Assembly (NCBI GenBank): GCA_002269645.1
Contig: NIVC01001809.1
Location: 62,001-126,000, forward strand
Source of the DNA: Macrostomum lignano
Taxonomy: Eukaryota
Direction of reading: 5' to 3'
Length of the DNA stretch: 64,000 nucleotides
Position 1 is the stretch's first letter, and every line of letters starts with the position of its first letter. The translations under genes were made by a program, and so were the position numbers. Shown one piece after another: positions 61,987-64,000 of the stretch. The notes beneath the pieces were generated by a model. It was not told the origin of the DNA, ran no database searches, and saw only the letters and a program-made list of their open reading frames with translations.

Positions 61987-62983
61987 GGAATAAAGTCTCA
62001 TCAGTGTAGAGGCTGGCTGCGGAACCACAAGCGTAACACTATTTGTCTGTACCCAAGCCGCACAGACTAACTTCTCATTCCTCAATATAAATATAGTTAT
62101 TTCTGTTTGGTTGCTAGAATAACTATATATAAATCGAGATACAGCGCCTCGATTGTTCCCTCAAAGATCTCGGTTACGACTTCGCATTGGTGCTGAATTT
62201 TGCTCTTGTCAGAACCGTCTTGTAGTAGCCAGGCCAGTTTGTTTCAAATTTTGGTCAGCGCCGACTTGAACTTGGTCTTTTGTCGCCTCAGTAGAGCATT
62301 CAGCGGAGCAACATCGGGCTCTGGCGCTTGCTTCTGTTTTTTGTCGTCGCTCCTACTGATCTGACAGACTATTGGACACGATGTACTGTGGCTTGAGTAA
62401 TCACACTCTGCTACCAGATGGTTGCTAGAATAACTATAAGGAAATCGAGACACTTAGCTATAAGCGATGAAAGCGAAAAGAGTATATTTGAGCGAGATAC
62501 TTTAGGTCGGTATTTAAAGGTGAATGAGCGTACAATACGATTGAGCGCAATGTGGGGTGGGGCGATCAATAAATTTGGGTACGATCAATCATACGGTCAA
62601 TCATTAGATAAATATGTTAGCCTAATTGAGCGTACAGTTAATGATTGCAACGGACAAGTACGAGCGTACAATAAATACTGCGAAACAGTGGCAGCTCCAG
62701 AACACTGTTATAGTCTGCCACAACTGAAAATTTCTCTTTCTATTCGTATGACTGTGCAAGTCGACTATATTACTGGCAACATTTCTAATACAATATAACG
62801 AACGTTAATGTTTCTGGAACTCCTGTTAAAAATATGAAACGCTCTTAAAAGTTTTAATGCAAGTTCTGTGGTAAAGTTGCGCGTCTGAGGAAAAGTAGAA
62901 TTAAGAAGGTCTATATTAGTAGCAGTTAGCACAACACCAAAAGGCCCAAAACAAGGCTGATAGCAACACTGTTAAAACATAGT

Positions 62984-64000
62984 AGCAGTGCATCACACTG
63001 ACATTGCAGCACAGCACCAGTGCATCACACTGACATTGCAGCACAGCACCAGTGCATCACACTGACATTGCAGCACAGCACCAGTGCATCACACTGACAT
63101 TGCAGCACAGCACCAGTGCATCACACTGACATTGCAGCACAGCACCAGTGCATCACACTGACATTGCAGCACAGCACCAGTGCATCACACTGACATTGCA
63201 GCACAGCACCAGTGCATCACACTGACATTGCAGCACAGCACCAGTGCATCACACTGACATTGCAGCACAGCACCAGTGCATCACACTGACATTGCAGCAC
63301 AGCACCAGTGCATCACACTGACATTGCAGCACAGCACCAGTGCATCACACTGACATTGCAGCACAGCACCAGTGCATCACACTGACATTGCAGCACAGCA
63401 CCAGTGCATCACACTGACATTGCAGCACAGCACCAGTGCATCACACTGATATTGCAGCACAGCACCAGTGCATCACACTGACATTGCAGCACAGCACCAG
63501 TGCATCACACTGAAATTGCAGCACAGCACCAGTGCATCACACTGATATTGCAGCACAGCACCAGTGCATCACACTGATATTGCAGCACAGCACCAGTTCA
63601 TCACACTGACATTGCAGCACAGCACCAGTGCATCACACTGATATTGCAGCACAGCACCAGTGCATCACACTGACATTGCAGCACAGCACCAGTGCATCAC
63701 ACTGACATTGCAGCACAGCAGCAGTTCATCACACTGACATTGCAGCACAGCACCAGTGCATCACACTGACATTGCAGCACAGCACCAGTGCATCACACTG
63801 ACTTTGCAGCACAGCACCAGTGCATCACACTGATATTGCAGCACAGCACCAGTGCATCACACTGACATTGCAGCACAGCACCAGTGCATCACACTGACAT
63901 TGCAGCTCAGCACCAGTGCATCACACTGACATTGCAGCACAGCAGCAGTGCATCACACTGACATTGCAGCACAGCACCAGTGCATCACACTGATATTGCA
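62984..64000. repeat. 32-bp minisatellite (runs off window)
   Basis: Same unit; rare variants in register with 48663-50367. Confidence 0.95.

Overview
Eukaryotic (animal) genomic DNA with GT-AG introns, dense with minisatellites and transposon relics. The style suggests a flatworm such as Macrostomum, but that is an unverified inference. Left half (1-26.5 kb): a cluster of three cGAS-like receptor (cGLR / Mab-21 NTase) paralogs. One is a complete 4-exon ankyrin-repeat-cGLR gene (22915-26516, ~1012 aa) with an intact catalytic motif; one is 5'-truncated; one is cut by the window edge. Between them lie a Penelope-like retroelement end with a minimal hammerhead ribozyme, a frameshifted C2H2-ZF + SETD8-like SET relic, a P/THAP transposon (44-bp TIRs, 8-bp TSD) and many minisatellites. 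Right half (28-64 kb): three tandem 3-exon ABCA transporter genes (~1700 aa; periods 13,837 and 14,321 bp). Each spacer carries a 32-bp minisatellite, a Tc1 deletion derivative, a P-transposase fragment and a catalytically intact Crypton tyrosine recombinase. ABCA copies 2 and 3 share a TGG->TAG nonsense change, and the 36.3-50.6 kb unit looks identical to 50.6-64 kb. No rRNA, tRNA or CRISPR array was recognised.
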